From: Paraphysomonas bandaiensis
Taxonomy: Eukaryota; Protista; Chrysophyceae
DNA length: 26,109 nucleotides
Assembly: GCA_965644295.1 (NCBI GenBank)
Contig: CBFFRP010000302.1
Span: 1 to 26,109 of the forward strand
Direction of reading: 5' to 3'
Positions within the stretch are counted from its first letter, which is position 1, and the number at the start of each line of letters is the position of its first letter. Below the pieces are notes generated by a model. That model saw nothing but the letters and a program-made list of their open reading frames with translations, was not told the DNA's origin and did not search any database. A program made the translations under genes and the position numbers. This document shows positions 10,038-21,189 of the stretch, in pieces.

Positions 10038-12144
10038 TGTGACTTGTCCAGAACCTTGTCTTTTCCCATGCGACCAACCTCCAGTGTATTCTCTTTCACG
10101 GGATGCATCGGTACATGAATCGCCAATGTTGTATGTCATTGTTCCAGTACCATGCGGTAGGTTACGATCCCATAGCCCCTCATACTTGTCTCCCCTGCGA
10201 GATTGCCACACACCTCTGCCAGATCTCATATCTCCTACCCATTTCCCTGTATACTCATCCAACGTCCCGGCTATGTGTCGTCCCTGCCCATTACGTTTTC
10301 CTCCTTTCCAAGCACCGTCATATTCACCACCATCTGGGTATCTACATACACCTTGACCCTCCGGCACACCACCCTGAATCTGGCCCGTATAAATACCACC
10401 TCCATCTAGCACCATAGTACCAATACCACAAGGGACATCCGTCGCCCACTCTCCATCATACTCTACTGCATCGTCTTCTGTTCTCCGAAGTGTACCTCGT
10501 CCGTGTCGCTTTCCCTCGCTGAATTCTCCCTCGTAAGTTGTACCGGACAGTGCATTCGTTAGCACACCCCTTCCGTGGTACACTCCATTTTTAAAGCCTC
10601 CTTTATATTGGATACTATTTCGGTGGACACTGTTTTTCTCGGCTACATCAAAGGAAGATGATAGACTTCCCTCGCCCTCATACTCACCACCGACAAACCC
10701 ACCTTCGTATACAGTGTCTCCATCAGCTGATGTCAAGGTACCATTACCTTCCTGTCGATCCTCTACCCATTCGCCCTATTCAAGCACATATATCAAGCAA
10801 ATAATACTCCGCCATGTGCCTTACTCATACCTCATAGACAGTGCCGTCAGCGAACGTCATCTTGCCTCGGCCTTGTCGCACCGCTTCTTTGTCTTCCGTT
10901 GCGGGAATCACTTCACCATCGTACACATCTCCATTCGAATATTCGATATGTACTGTGGTGTCAGATGGTAGAGAAGCAGTACTCGCAGTGGAAGGTAGTG
11001 CAGCCACGAGGTCAGAGGCAGCAGATGATTCGGTATCTAGAACGAGAACCATGGAACAAGACTCAGACCCACCAAATACCATTACAACGGCGGGATTACT
11101 CTTCTCAAGTACTTCACAAGCGCTGAATGAATAACACCTACTATCACTTGGAACTCCAGCTGTACCTCTCGGTATAAGGGATGAGGATGCCGCGGAGAAC
11201 ATTCCAGTGCCGTCTGTCGCAACCCCGAGTTCTAGAGTATCAAGCGTTAAAGGTCCTTCTTCTCCGACCCCACCAAAAATAAACAGCTTGAATCCATTCC
11301 CACCACCTTCAGTTGCAGTACAGCCGTGCAAGCATCTAGCTTCTATGGGAGATTGAAACGAAACGGAAGACCAAACAGGTTGGGGTACGGTCATTGAAGC
11401 TGATTTCTGTCCTTTGAGTAGCTTTCCTTTAGCGGGAGCTGCCTCTGGTGCAGCGCTGTCAGGCCTCTCAAGCAAAGTGGTACAGTCAAGTACCCAGATG
11501 TCATTCAAAAGCTGCGAGTTGGAATTCTTTCCCCCATGAATTATCAAGTACTGCCGGTTGGCTCCAGCAACAGAGGCTGTGTGAAACGCCCGCGGAGGTG
11601 GAGAGTCTCCATCAGTCCGAACAGCTTGAAGTGACATCGTGCCCTCGCTAGTATCACATGACTCAACATTAGGCTCCTTCAAAACAAACACATCCGAACT
11701 TAATTTTCCTTCCGCTGAGCACCCACCAAAAATCAACACTTTGTCGAATTTAGAACCCATAGAAGATGCTGTTAAGCCTTTTAATGCACAGCTAGGTTCA
11801 TTAAAAGCACTGCACTTTATACCCTCAGAAGTCAACGTGGTTACAACAACTTCTCCAAGTACCCCCTGGCATCCATCCATTCCACCAAAAGTCAGTAATT
11901 TCTCTTTTAGTACAGCAGTGGCATGATATGCTCTGTTGACGACATTGTGGGCATTCACGACAACTCCACTCCACGTCATGGTCGAAAGATCAAAGCACTG
12001 AACTCGAAGTAAGTTTTGTGGACATGAGATTCCCATTGGCATCCCACCGATTACATATGCAACTCCCTCATGTACAACACTTGATGTCCCTAGCAGATCA
12101 ATCGGACTGCCTTCAAGCTTCATCCACTCTATATATGAATCCAT
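9954..12144 (-). CDS. Kelch beta-propeller + MORN-repeat protein, 2 exons (12144-10831, 10775-9954), ~711 aa
   Basis: Kelch motifs (AYVIGG, RAYHATAV..LLTFGG, VLIFGG, PPPRAFHTA..LIIHGG..LLNDIWVLD, LFIFGG). MORN motifs (YEGEFSEGKRHGRG etc.). A 55-bp GTATGA...AATAG intron (10830-10776) joins TVYE|GEWVED in frame. Confidence 0.9.
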
Positions 12145-12633
12145 CGGCAATGAGATGTGACTATCCTTTACTTATCTTGACAGTTGACAGTTAGAATATC
12201 TGCTACTGTAGGATAAACATGCGCTATGGACACTGTTTCGTTAAACTCACTGCTATTCTATGCATTACTATACAGCACTCCCACTCTGTACTGTTACACG
12301 CAGTCTGCAGTTTGATATACAGCAGTATACATATACATACCCATACTGCTGTATACTGCTGTATGTACTGTACAACCATATGACTGTATCACACACACAC
12401 ATATCATAAGGATGTAACGCTTTTTAGCTGTGAAAATAAAAGACAATTTTGACTATTGTGAAATGCTATGAAAATCAACGTACTCGCGATATAACGCGAT
12501 CTCAGACCAAGAAATTGTTCTTTTTTTCGTTGAAAAGTCACTTTTCACATAAAAAATAAGGACATTTGAAAAACAAATTCTAGAAATCACAATAATTTCA
12601 CCATATCGGCAGTTCACACTCAATCTCATGTAA

Positions 12634-14418
12634 CACGCGTTCTTAACAAAAAAAAACCTACCCACAAATCCTACCTTTTTCAAAACCTCGGTGGTGAGGT
12701 TTTGGGTTTTCGTTTTGCACCGTACTAACAAAAAAATCCTCCCCATAAACCAGAGGATTTCGAAAACCTCTGCATTCGTCCACCAGGTTTGAATATTTAA
12801 ACAGTGTACTATAGAATTACTCGATAAATCATTATTATTCGATAATATAAGGTTAAAAATGGACACTTCTTCAGTTTCCAATGACATGGGCGGGTTTGTT
12901 GACCCTCAATAGGAAGCAGATATTGATGATATCGAGTCACCAACTCTTGGAACAATTGAAGGTCGAGGCTTCATCATTGACATATCAGACTTGAGTGAAG
13001 TTGTGACATAAGAAGCGTTTCGAAGAGAGACTGTTCATTGCTGTTGGTAATTCGGCTCAGTTTTCCATGGTGAGATGAATCTCAGGAGTGAGTATCTACA
13101 TAGAAACGTAGACGAGCGTCGAAGGAATACAGGCAACAATTTCTGCGCGAGAAAACGAGCAAGGAATTACGGAATACGAGATAGATCTTGCGGAGTGGGA
13201 GTTCGGAAAGCAGTTCCATCTAGCTGCGTCAATGAGAGCATCAAAGTATAGCCATGAGATAAAAGATAAACTGTTAGCCATGAAAACTATTCGTAGTTCG
13301 TAGTATATAGTATATAGTATTCACTAGCTTCAGCTCCACCCCCATCAGTAAATTTTAATGACAGTAGTGTAAAATATGATAGCTAGGATGTTGCGAACAC
13401 TCACAGTTGGAAATGTTAACGACTGATGTGATGACTTTGCCATTATTAAAATACTTAACGATATATAACGGTAGTGAATTCAATTGTTGATAGCGTGGCG
13501 AATACATGGTAATGAAAGTGACACTATTGATAAACAAATGCAATACGTGAAGGAGGGATATGTATACAGTCACACCTATTGCAACGTGCCCCAGGGGACA
13601 TATCTGTGTTGGTCAACATTCAACATAAGGCAGCCAAAGAACTCTTGACTGGTGTCTAATATTTTGGAAGTCAATAATAATTGTTATTATCATCATTTTC
13701 AGTGTTCTACACTGTTGATTACACACAGTCTCCCTACTCAACATAGTAACACAAATCACAGTCTTTACTCTTTCAAAGGAAGGATATAGAAGGACTAAAT
13801 TATAAGTGTTACTTTTTCGGTCCTCTCCAACAAATCTCAGAAGATAATGTGCCATATATATATATCATGCTGCTGGGAGTAGATTTCCTCTTTCATCATA
13901 GTTAACTCATGATGAATCTTCGGTATAATCTGGGATAAGTTGTTAAAGATAAGTTTGTATCGTCGACAGAGGATCGCCAACAGAGCGATCCTGAGTTCAT
14001 TGCGATTCAGTATATACTATTCCCCATAGTACAGGTGGCATATAGTAATAGAAAAGGTTTGCTCAAATTTACCGCACTCCTTCGTCAGTGTCCAGCCCAT
14101 AATATGGATCTTCCATACCAGATACTTCTTCACCACTATCACTGTCAACGTCCTCCATTAGCACATCCATGGTCAAGGGCTAAACCAGTTATAATATGTG
14201 TTTAGTGTGCTCTATTTGTTATATAATATCGATTCATATGGTACATCGACCAGACCATAGGTTTTGGACCCGAGGTTTTGAAGGACCACCCGGATGGTCG
14301 TTCAAAACCTCACCCCCCCATTTTTGGGTAGGTTTTGAAAACCTCCTATGGGTAGGTTTTGTAAAAGGTAGGATTTTTCCGAGGTTTTTTGGTAGGTTTT
14401 TTTTGTTAAGAACGGCTG
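12634..14418. mobile_element. Non-autonomous TIR DNA transposon (1785 bp), TAA target-site duplication, PIF/Harbinger- or CACTA-like
   Basis: Left end CACGCGTTCTTAAC(A)9CCTACC. Right end GGTAGG(T)8GTTAAGAACGGCTG. TAA at 12631-12633 and 14419-14421. Clusters of AAAACCT(A/C)C subterminal repeats in both orientations at 12650-12770 and 14260-14400. The interior has only stop-riddled reading frames. Confidence 0.75.
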
Positions 14419-14574
14419 TAAGAATATCTTGTCGGTGTCATAGTTGTGGTCGCTTCTAAATAGTGACCATCCCTCGGCGTCGAATGTGTTCTAGAACTCA
14501 GTCATTGAACAGCAATGCACTGATATTGAACATACATCATATGAGAACAAGTGTTTAATCGAGTACTTAAATAA

Positions 14575-15580
14575 ATGCATGGTGATGAAGGATCGGAATC
14601 TAATTCCAAACGATCTGCCGACCATTGTGCGCACAGATATTCCATTACTTGGAGTGGGAGTGATTCTCAATGTGATTCAAATACTAGTGATAGTAGGATT
14701 GGCGATTCCAAAGACTGTAAACGACACACTTGTTTACCGTGTCATATGAGTGGAACTGATGGCGGATCTTTACAAGTATCAACGAAATGCGCAGATTGTG
14801 ACGAGAACGGAACTGTTTTAGCAAATGATCAGTTCTCAGACACTGACAGTGCTGAAAATAGCGGCAGGGGTGGTGGCACACAGTCAACTAAAAAAAAGAG
14901 AGAACTAATGCTACTTGTGCAGATATTACTGGCAGTTGTGGATATTTTGATCATGGTGAGGGCGATCCATCAATTGAAAATTTGTTTGCAGACATGTCTA
15001 TTGGCAATCCAGTATCTGAGCGGAGTGAAGTAAACTCAGCAATCTCAGGTAATGTGTTCAATAAATTATTGAAAAAGGATTCATTTGTATTCAGCTAGTA
15101 AACTTAACATAACGCCGGCGAAAATGACGTCATTGACTGACATGTGGCGCCGTGGCAAGCTTACGTACGGAGAAATTCCACGTTTAGTGACAGAGTCGTG
15201 GGGATGGAAACTCGCACACCCTGGACTGACTCAAGAGTTTTATTTTACATCAGAATCATTCGATGATATTGGCGTTCAGTTGTTCATATCTGGCAAATAT
15301 GATTTTCTGAAAAATTTTACTTCAGCCAGGTAGCTTCGAAATCAACACACCTGGCACGTGGTCGTTACACACATCTCACACTGTGACTGCAATATCTTCT
15401 TCTGGTGAAAGTACGATCAAGAAAGTTTACTTGGTGAAATTTCTAAGAATCATATTGTCACAAGACACAAGTTCTGATTTGACATTTCTTTCGGATTGTA
15501 TTCGCTTTTATTGAACCGTGCAGAAGATCTCATAGGATATGCTATTGCATGCAGAGTACTGAGTGTCATAAAGTCGTAAC
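14575..15580 (+). pseudogene. Degenerate coding-like sequence of unknown origin (possible TE or gene remnant)
   Basis: Acidic/Ser-rich ORF 14575..15033 and ORF 15085..15333, with apparent frameshifts and stops. No recognisable domain. Confidence 0.25.
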
Positions 15581-15599
15581 CGTAAAGTGCAAAGTATTT

Positions 15600-16125
15600 T
15601 TTGACATTAGATCAATAACCTCGCTGTGGTGGTATACCCCTAAACCCTAAAGCTCGCTGTGGTGGTATACCCCTAAACCCTAAAGGGTATACCGGCTTAG
15701 GTATTGTGGTGTGTGTTCGCTCGCACTCCACTTATCATATTGGTTATTCACACATATTTCAATGCTATGAATCTACAGAACTCAACACTCCCACTCAGTG
15801 CAATATTTGGCTAATTATATATTATATATAATGTATAAGGGGAAAAATATACAAATAAATTCTCTACGAAACCCACCATAAGGCAAAAACCCTCCTACCT
15901 ACTTCCTCCTCTTCTTACTGGAGTTATCCATCTTTACCATCACTTGGTTTTCTCACCTAAGTTCCTGGGTCGATGATCCACAAATGGAATATGCCTTAGA
16001 CCTTAGAGTTTAGAGTATAGATATCAGCCGCCATTTGACCAGTCTTCACATGGATCAGTTCTGCTGTTCTCAGTTCTCCCTCGAGGTTACATGCTCTCTC
16101 ACCAGTGATACTTGATAGAAATGTA
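15600..16125 (-). mobile_element. Copia 3' remnant: RNase H C-terminus, polypurine tract and start of the 3' LTR
   Basis: The minus strand, with frameshifts, reads ISIKYHW/VREHV...TAELIHVKTGQMAADIYT...PFVDHRPRNLG (~16125-15950). PPT GAGTGGGAG (15796-15788) is directly followed by TGTTGAG at 15787. The LTR far end was not identified, so the left coordinate is approximate. Confidence 0.8.
15620..15693. repeat. 33-bp tandem duplication, each unit containing (CCCTAAA)2 telomere-like repeats
   Basis: CTCGCTGTGGTGGTATACCCCTAAACCCTAAAG at 15620-15652 and 15653-15685, followed by GGTATACC. Confidence 0.9.
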
Positions 16126-16377
16126 AATGCAGATTTAAGCTTTTAGTAATAGTAAGATGTAAGATGAATGTTTTGATTAGGGATAATGCAAAGTGATGTA
16201 CACAGTAATCCAATAATGTAAAAGAGTGAATAGTAATGCATAATGCAGAACATAACTTTCACATACACAACGGAATAGTTAGAAGTATAACTGACAATGA
16301 CGATCGTTATGATGACACTCAAGTATCTTCAATAGATACAATAATTAATTCAGTTCATGATATATATCGTTAAACAT

Positions 16378-17207
16378 ATTGAAAGTCTTACTATTAGCAA
16401 TAGGCGTTAAAAACCTGCACCAACTTAGTAGCTAGATGAATGCTAGACAAACTAGTTAGATCTCTACCTGTAACTAATCAGTACACACTTTTTTTTTCCT
16501 ACTCTTTTATTAACTTAAGTTTTTGGTTAGTGCAATATTGACTGATTGATATTATAGGAGATATAGTAAATTTTATGATGTTGTAGCACTTTGAGTTAGG
16601 AACCTCTTCATTCACCAACATCAACATTCTGTTCTACAAATCGTATCTTTAACAGCTGCTATATTTTCAGTTTCTTTGTATACTTGTAATAGCTACTCCT
16701 ATACTGTAGTCATGTATATTCTGTATTTCATTGCTACATAGAGTACAGGATAACTACTAGTGATTGGCTTTACCAAACTTCAAGTACGCACGTAGGAGTT
16801 GGTTGTAGTTCAATATATTTAACGCTACTGAAGTTGCTTGTGCGTCGCCGCAAACACCAAGGTGCGACCACTTCCCCTCTGAGTTCTTAAAGTGAACATC
16901 CCGGATGCTTGACTTCAGCAGGCAGCCCAATACCCCGGTTACCCTTCAGGTGAGCCCTGTCCCGGATGCCCTTGAGGTGGGCCCATTCCCGGATGCCTGT
17001 TTATTCTTCAGGGCCCAAAGACGTCTACACAAGTGACACTTATTGGCTTATTGGTGTCCCTTGTACCACACAAGCATTCAGCTATGAGTGGGCAGAAGAA
17101 TATCTGCTGACTATGTTTGCGGCTCACGTTAGTTTCCCAGAGAGAATCTCCCCGGTACTTATCCCCCAGAACGCCACAAAAAGGTGCGAGTCCGACTTTG
17201 TTGAGGG
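16378..17207 (-). mobile_element. Longest copy (830 bp) of a non-coding retroposon-like family with an HDV-like ribozyme candidate at its 5' end
   Basis: 16826-17207 is the reverse complement of 21190-21538, and 16376-16497 of 21544-21664. Flanked by CGTTAAACAT (16368-16377) / CGTTGAACAT (17208-17217), a 9/10 putative TSD. Internal 27-bp (16942-16995) and 8-bp duplications. Confidence 0.75.
17120..17207 (-). ncRNA. HDV-like ribozyme candidate (copy 1, more degenerate)
   Basis: Same nested-pseudoknot register as 21190-21277. P4 substitutions preserve pairing. P3 and L3 each carry one further change. Confidence 0.35.
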
Positions 17208-17786
17208 CGTTGAACATTATATTTCACATATGCTATCTTATATACATATGAATCCTAATACTCCCCCTCAATGAAAAAATCAGTAAACTGTGGATTATAG
17301 AGGGAATATGAACTTATACACACTGAGAATAAAAACCAGAGTAGCAGCACTAGTCAATATTAGTTTTAATGTTTTAATAGTTGAAGTATATAGCAATAAT
17401 ATTGCCAGACAGAATTATATCATCAGTATTGGTGGGATCTCAATTTGGTCAAAGCATTATATATTGCACACTATTATATATTGTCACTCATATATAATAG
17501 TGTTGATATAAAGTTTTATAAACTAAAGGCACTTCTGTAAGAACTGTAGCTGGAGACTTTTCGTTTCAACACCGTCAGCTTGCGTGTGACACAGAAATCT
17601 TCGTGTTACTCAACTCACTATAATTAGGTCACAAGAAAAAGAAATATACATACAAAGATAAACTTCACAGTGATTCCAAAAAGGGTTGTACGGTTGTACT
17701 ACGAATCGGCAACGTAAGTGTATTAATAATACAATAGACATCACCCAATATAATTCAGAATATTCTACACAAAATGGCTCCTGGTG

Positions 17787-18797
17787 TCAGAGTGCCTTGA
17801 TTTTGATAATCAATTTTTCAACATACTGTGCACCAGAATCGAAAACTTTTCGAAGCCATGCATTAGTTGAAAGGTATACTGCTAAGAGTACTGAGAAGTG
17901 TCTAAATCGTACGCTGTAGTGATAAACCATTTTATGTGCACCTTCTCGTACAGCACTACCTTGCATCTGAAAGCATGACTGGCATTGCGGCCAGAGGTGT
18001 TGCCCAACCTTCAAATATACATCAGTAATCAACTTAGAGTACTTGTACATTACCTTAATCCGAAAAAGCTTGCGCCAAAAAGATTCGTTCATTTCATTGG
18101 CAATTTTCGTGGGGGGCATATGATCCGCTATGAATACTTTCCAACCTAAAATCTGTCGACTCCCACAGTGATGGCAGCCTATTATACGACCGATTCTGTT
18201 AACAGCTGCTCTCTGAGCAGCGGTCGCCACAGCTGAAGTGGCAGGAACTGCGCCTTTCAACCCTATCGGCAGGTTTTGGCCACGAGCGTAGGCTCCAATG
18301 GAAATAACGCTGGATGGAAATACTGTTTGGTATAAACCCATACTAAGAAGAGAATAACACACGGCTGACAAGGAGGAACGGTAGACTAATTCCTCAGAAG
18401 TCCGCACCTTAAACAGTTTATTTCTATGACCGATTCTGTCGGCTATCCTTTCACATGCCATCTGTGTTAACATACTGCTTCCTGTAACTACTGCTATACC
18501 GACTAATTTATAACCCTTTCTTCCTGAATAATAACCCAGCGACCCAAAAAACCGTTGCCAGAATGACAAGAGTCCCCAAAACACACCCACATGCGCGCAA
18601 TGAGTAACAGCACTCTTTTGAAACTTTTTATCATGAACTGCAGACTCTATCTTTGTCATAAGCAAAGTAGGCAACGATTCTAAGTCTTTTGGTACCATTT
18701 CGGCTTGCACAACGAATGGACAAGTTCGTATGACTAGCCATTGTGTATCTCGACCAGCAGGAGTGAGTAAACAGCATGGTGGAGTATTGCAATTCAA
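17787..18797 (-). CDS. Predicted membrane protein with C-terminal Zn-binding HNH-like nuclease domain (polymorphic-toxin type)
   Basis: Hydrophobic N-terminal segments, then VPATSAVATAAQRAAVNRIGRIIGCHHCG...FIADHMPP...QHLWPQCQSCFQMQG. Likely in-frame 45-bp intron 18053-18009 (GTAATG...TGAAG). Start uncertain (first in-frame ATG 18698). Confidence 0.75.
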   Translation of the reverse strand: MNCNTPPCCLLTPAGRDTQWLVIRTCPFVVQAEMVPKDLESLPTLLMTKIESAVHDKKFQKSAVTHCAHVGVFWGLLSFWQRFFGSLGYYSGRKGYKLVGIAVVTGSSMLTQMACERIADRIGHRNKLFKVRTSEELVYRSSLSAVCYSLLSMGLYQTVFPSSVISIGAYARGQNLPIGLKGAVPATSAVATAAQRAAVNRIGRIIGCHHCGSRQILGWKVFIADHMPPTKIANEMNESFWRKLFRIKVMYKYSKLITDVYLKVGQHLWPQCQSCFQMQGSAVREGAHKMVYHYSVRFRHFSVLLAVYLSTNAWLRKVFDSGAQYVEKLIIKIKAL

Positions 18798-18920
18798 AAA
18801 CTGTTACAAAAATCAATTAAATATAGCCAATGATATAGCTTCAAACATGTTTAAAACTATTTTATTGGTAGATTGTGAAGGACGGGCTACAACCTAATTT
18901 GATACGGTCAGAGGTCAGGG

Positions 18921-18962
18921 GTGATATAGTGATATACAGTGATATACAGTGATATACAGTGT
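18921..18962. repeat. 10-bp minisatellite (GTGATATACA)x3 plus partial units in a divergent promoter region
   Basis: Read directly from the sequence. It lies between the divergent genes at 18797 (-) and 19306 (+). Confidence 0.8.
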
Positions 18963-19332
18963 ATTTCCTATGAGTTAAGATGGAGTGACTTGAACTCAGT
19001 TTCTTAATAGTCGAACCCACTGCATACTTCACATACTTGCAGACCAAACCACAACCATACGTTAAACCCTCATGTCTAAGTCACTGTGAGTGTGCTGTTG
19101 TTAATCTTCTCTTCTAGATCCCAGTAATTGATAGTGTAAGCTTGCTCCGTATGATATCATACACTCGTCGAGGTATGATTAAGTCGCCGCCATTGTTTTC
19201 TTTGGATATAAGGAATCTAAGTCATCTGTGCTTTACCAGTGATCAAGATACTAAAGAGGTATAATACATACACTGTATAAACTTTGAATACTGTTTGATA
19301 AGTGTGTGCAGAGATCGGGAAGCAGTGATGTG

Positions 19333-20976
19333 ATGAATGACATTGAGACCCCTGTTAAGGGTGAAGTCGACTCCAGTGCAACGAACGCTACTGAGTCGGA
19401 GCATAACACTACAATATTGGAATCAGATGATGGGACTGCTTTCGATGACTTTAATGAATTTCCTTTGGATTCTTTAATAGACATAGATTTCTTTGGAGAA
19501 CCTCTGTTTGATAGCCTTGTGGACAAAGGCAAGGGTGTATTTGGTGCCAAAGTTAAACCAGAAGAAGCTGATTCCGCGGCGTTTCAAAATAATTCTTCTG
19601 ATTGTGTTAGTACTGAGCCTATGACAAATGTGTCTAAGATCAAAGAGAATGTCGAACTGAAAGAGGTCAGCTCATCAACAATGGTGAAGCAAGAGTCACT
19701 GTGTCACACCCAGCCGTCAGCCAGAACCGTTCCCGCTATTACCGAGTATGACTTCTCGAAGTTCATGCCATCTAACGATAGAGAAAAAACTACAATGGAA
19801 TCGTTCATTCATAGATTCAGAGGCATGGGCCACGACAGTACAGGGATGAGCGGCAGAAGTGTTGCCGGTTTGGCCCGAGCAGTGCAGGCATCAGTTCACT
19901 CTCGGCATCACCGCTCGTCCGCTGTACCCCATTCGTCATCATCATCATATGCGGGTGAATTATACGGACCCACATATGCTTCTAACGTCGAGAGTGACAG
20001 AGCGATGCTGAATTCCCACGCCCTCTCCGGTACTTCTCCGCGATCTATGTCCATGAAAAGACCCCTTCCGAGCTCTACTACTGCTACAAATGATTGCAAA
20101 GCGACGAAGCATGCTCGGTACAATGCATCTCAGCTGGACATTTCTTCTTTTTTTTCTCCGGATGAACTAGATGATATCCTGACCCTTGTACAAGATGACG
20201 ATAATTCGCCAACCCAGACACTCTCACTTCTACCATCACCATCTGCTCAATCTACCACGTCAACACGAAGAGATAACTCGTACATTCCACACTATGAAAT
20301 ACCTTTTGACGCTTCGGATTTTAATTTAGAGTTACCCCAGTTTGTTCTTCACAGAACATCTTCCCAACCCCCTACACATGCCTCCCAGCCTGCTAGAAAG
20401 AAAGCGCGTCTGCAACAGCGCTCAGGTCCTTCATCATCGGCGTTTTCCACAAATGGTGACACAATTCCCATGAAGAAACAACAAGAGGAGCGCGAGGCGG
20501 AGAGACGTAAAGCTCAACGAATTGCTGACGCTGCGGAGGCGGTGCTCAGAATGCCGCGATCATCGAATGCTGTCACTGCAAATGAACAGCTTGTCTCACC
20601 CACTTTCGTGCCACAACTTCAGGGGCTACCTAGGCACTCGACTTTTCCGTCGACAGTATATCCGAACCAGAACTTTCTACAGGACTACCACCTGCAGTCT
20701 CAATTTACAGGCGAGTTGAAGTTACAAGGGCTGTCGGGCCTTTCCTCTGTCCTCAGCTCAATCTCTCCGCACAATATGAATTCCACCTTTCCAGCTAACA
20801 GAGCTCCTGTCCAGTTAACCAATAGTTCCCAGCAGATGATAGTATCGTCCAAATGGTCGAGCCAGCATAACACCACTCGCTCTTTCTCTTCCACCAGTCA
20901 GTCTACTACTGATGCATTGCGGCAAACGTTAACCACTACCTCATATCCACACACGAGTAGACGCTCGGAGCTATGA
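19333..20976 (+). CDS. Ser/Thr-rich low-complexity protein of unknown function, possibly nuclear
   Basis: Long open frame 19306..20976. First ATG 19333, with a possible acceptor TGCAG at 19311, so an upstream exon is possible. Acidic N-terminus, basic NLS-like PARKKARL and a short charged helix. Confidence 0.75.
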   Translation: MNDIETPVKGEVDSSATNATESEHNTTILESDDGTAFDDFNEFPLDSLIDIDFFGEPLFDSLVDKGKGVFGAKVKPEEADSAAFQNNSSDCVSTEPMTNVSKIKENVELKEVSSSTMVKQESLCHTQPSARTVPAITEYDFSKFMPSNDREKTTMESFIHRFRGMGHDSTGMSGRSVAGLARAVQASVHSRHHRSSAVPHSSSSSYAGELYGPTYASNVESDRAMLNSHALSGTSPRSMSMKRPLPSSTTATNDCKATKHARYNASQLDISSFFSPDELDDILTLVQDDDNSPTQTLSLLPSPSAQSTTSTRRDNSYIPHYEIPFDASDFNLELPQFVLHRTSSQPPTHASQPARKKARLQQRSGPSSSAFSTNGDTIPMKKQQEEREAERRKAQRIADAAEAVLRMPRSSNAVTANEQLVSPTFVPQLQGLPRHSTFPSTVYPNQNFLQDYHLQSQFTGELKLQGLSGLSSVLSSISPHNMNSTFPANRAPVQLTNSSQQMIVSSKWSSQHNTTRSFSSTSQSTTDALRQTLTTTSYPHTSRRSEL

Positions 20977-21189
20977 TACATTGCGATAAATTTTTTGTTG
21001 TCATATACATTGGTTGCTACTGTTACTTGAAGATGTAGTGAATTAAACGTCTTTGATTTGTATTTTTCGATGTATTGTTACATTAACAACTACTATAATA
21101 GAGACACTTAAAATTGACTCGCTTACACAAGTGATTTTATTGAATTCATTATAAGCTCTCCTACCAAGTTCCAAGATGGCCTAAGTAAT

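Noticed and set aside
15636-15685. Telomerase RNA template
   Set aside because: The motif is tandemly duplicated and lies in an LTR remnant. No promoter or pseudoknot support was seen.
16966-17274. ORFs 16966..17274 and 21123..21455 (shared EWAEEYLLTMFAAHV)
   Set aside because: The similarity reflects the DNA repeat. Frame-disrupting indels differ between copies, and no domain is recognisable.
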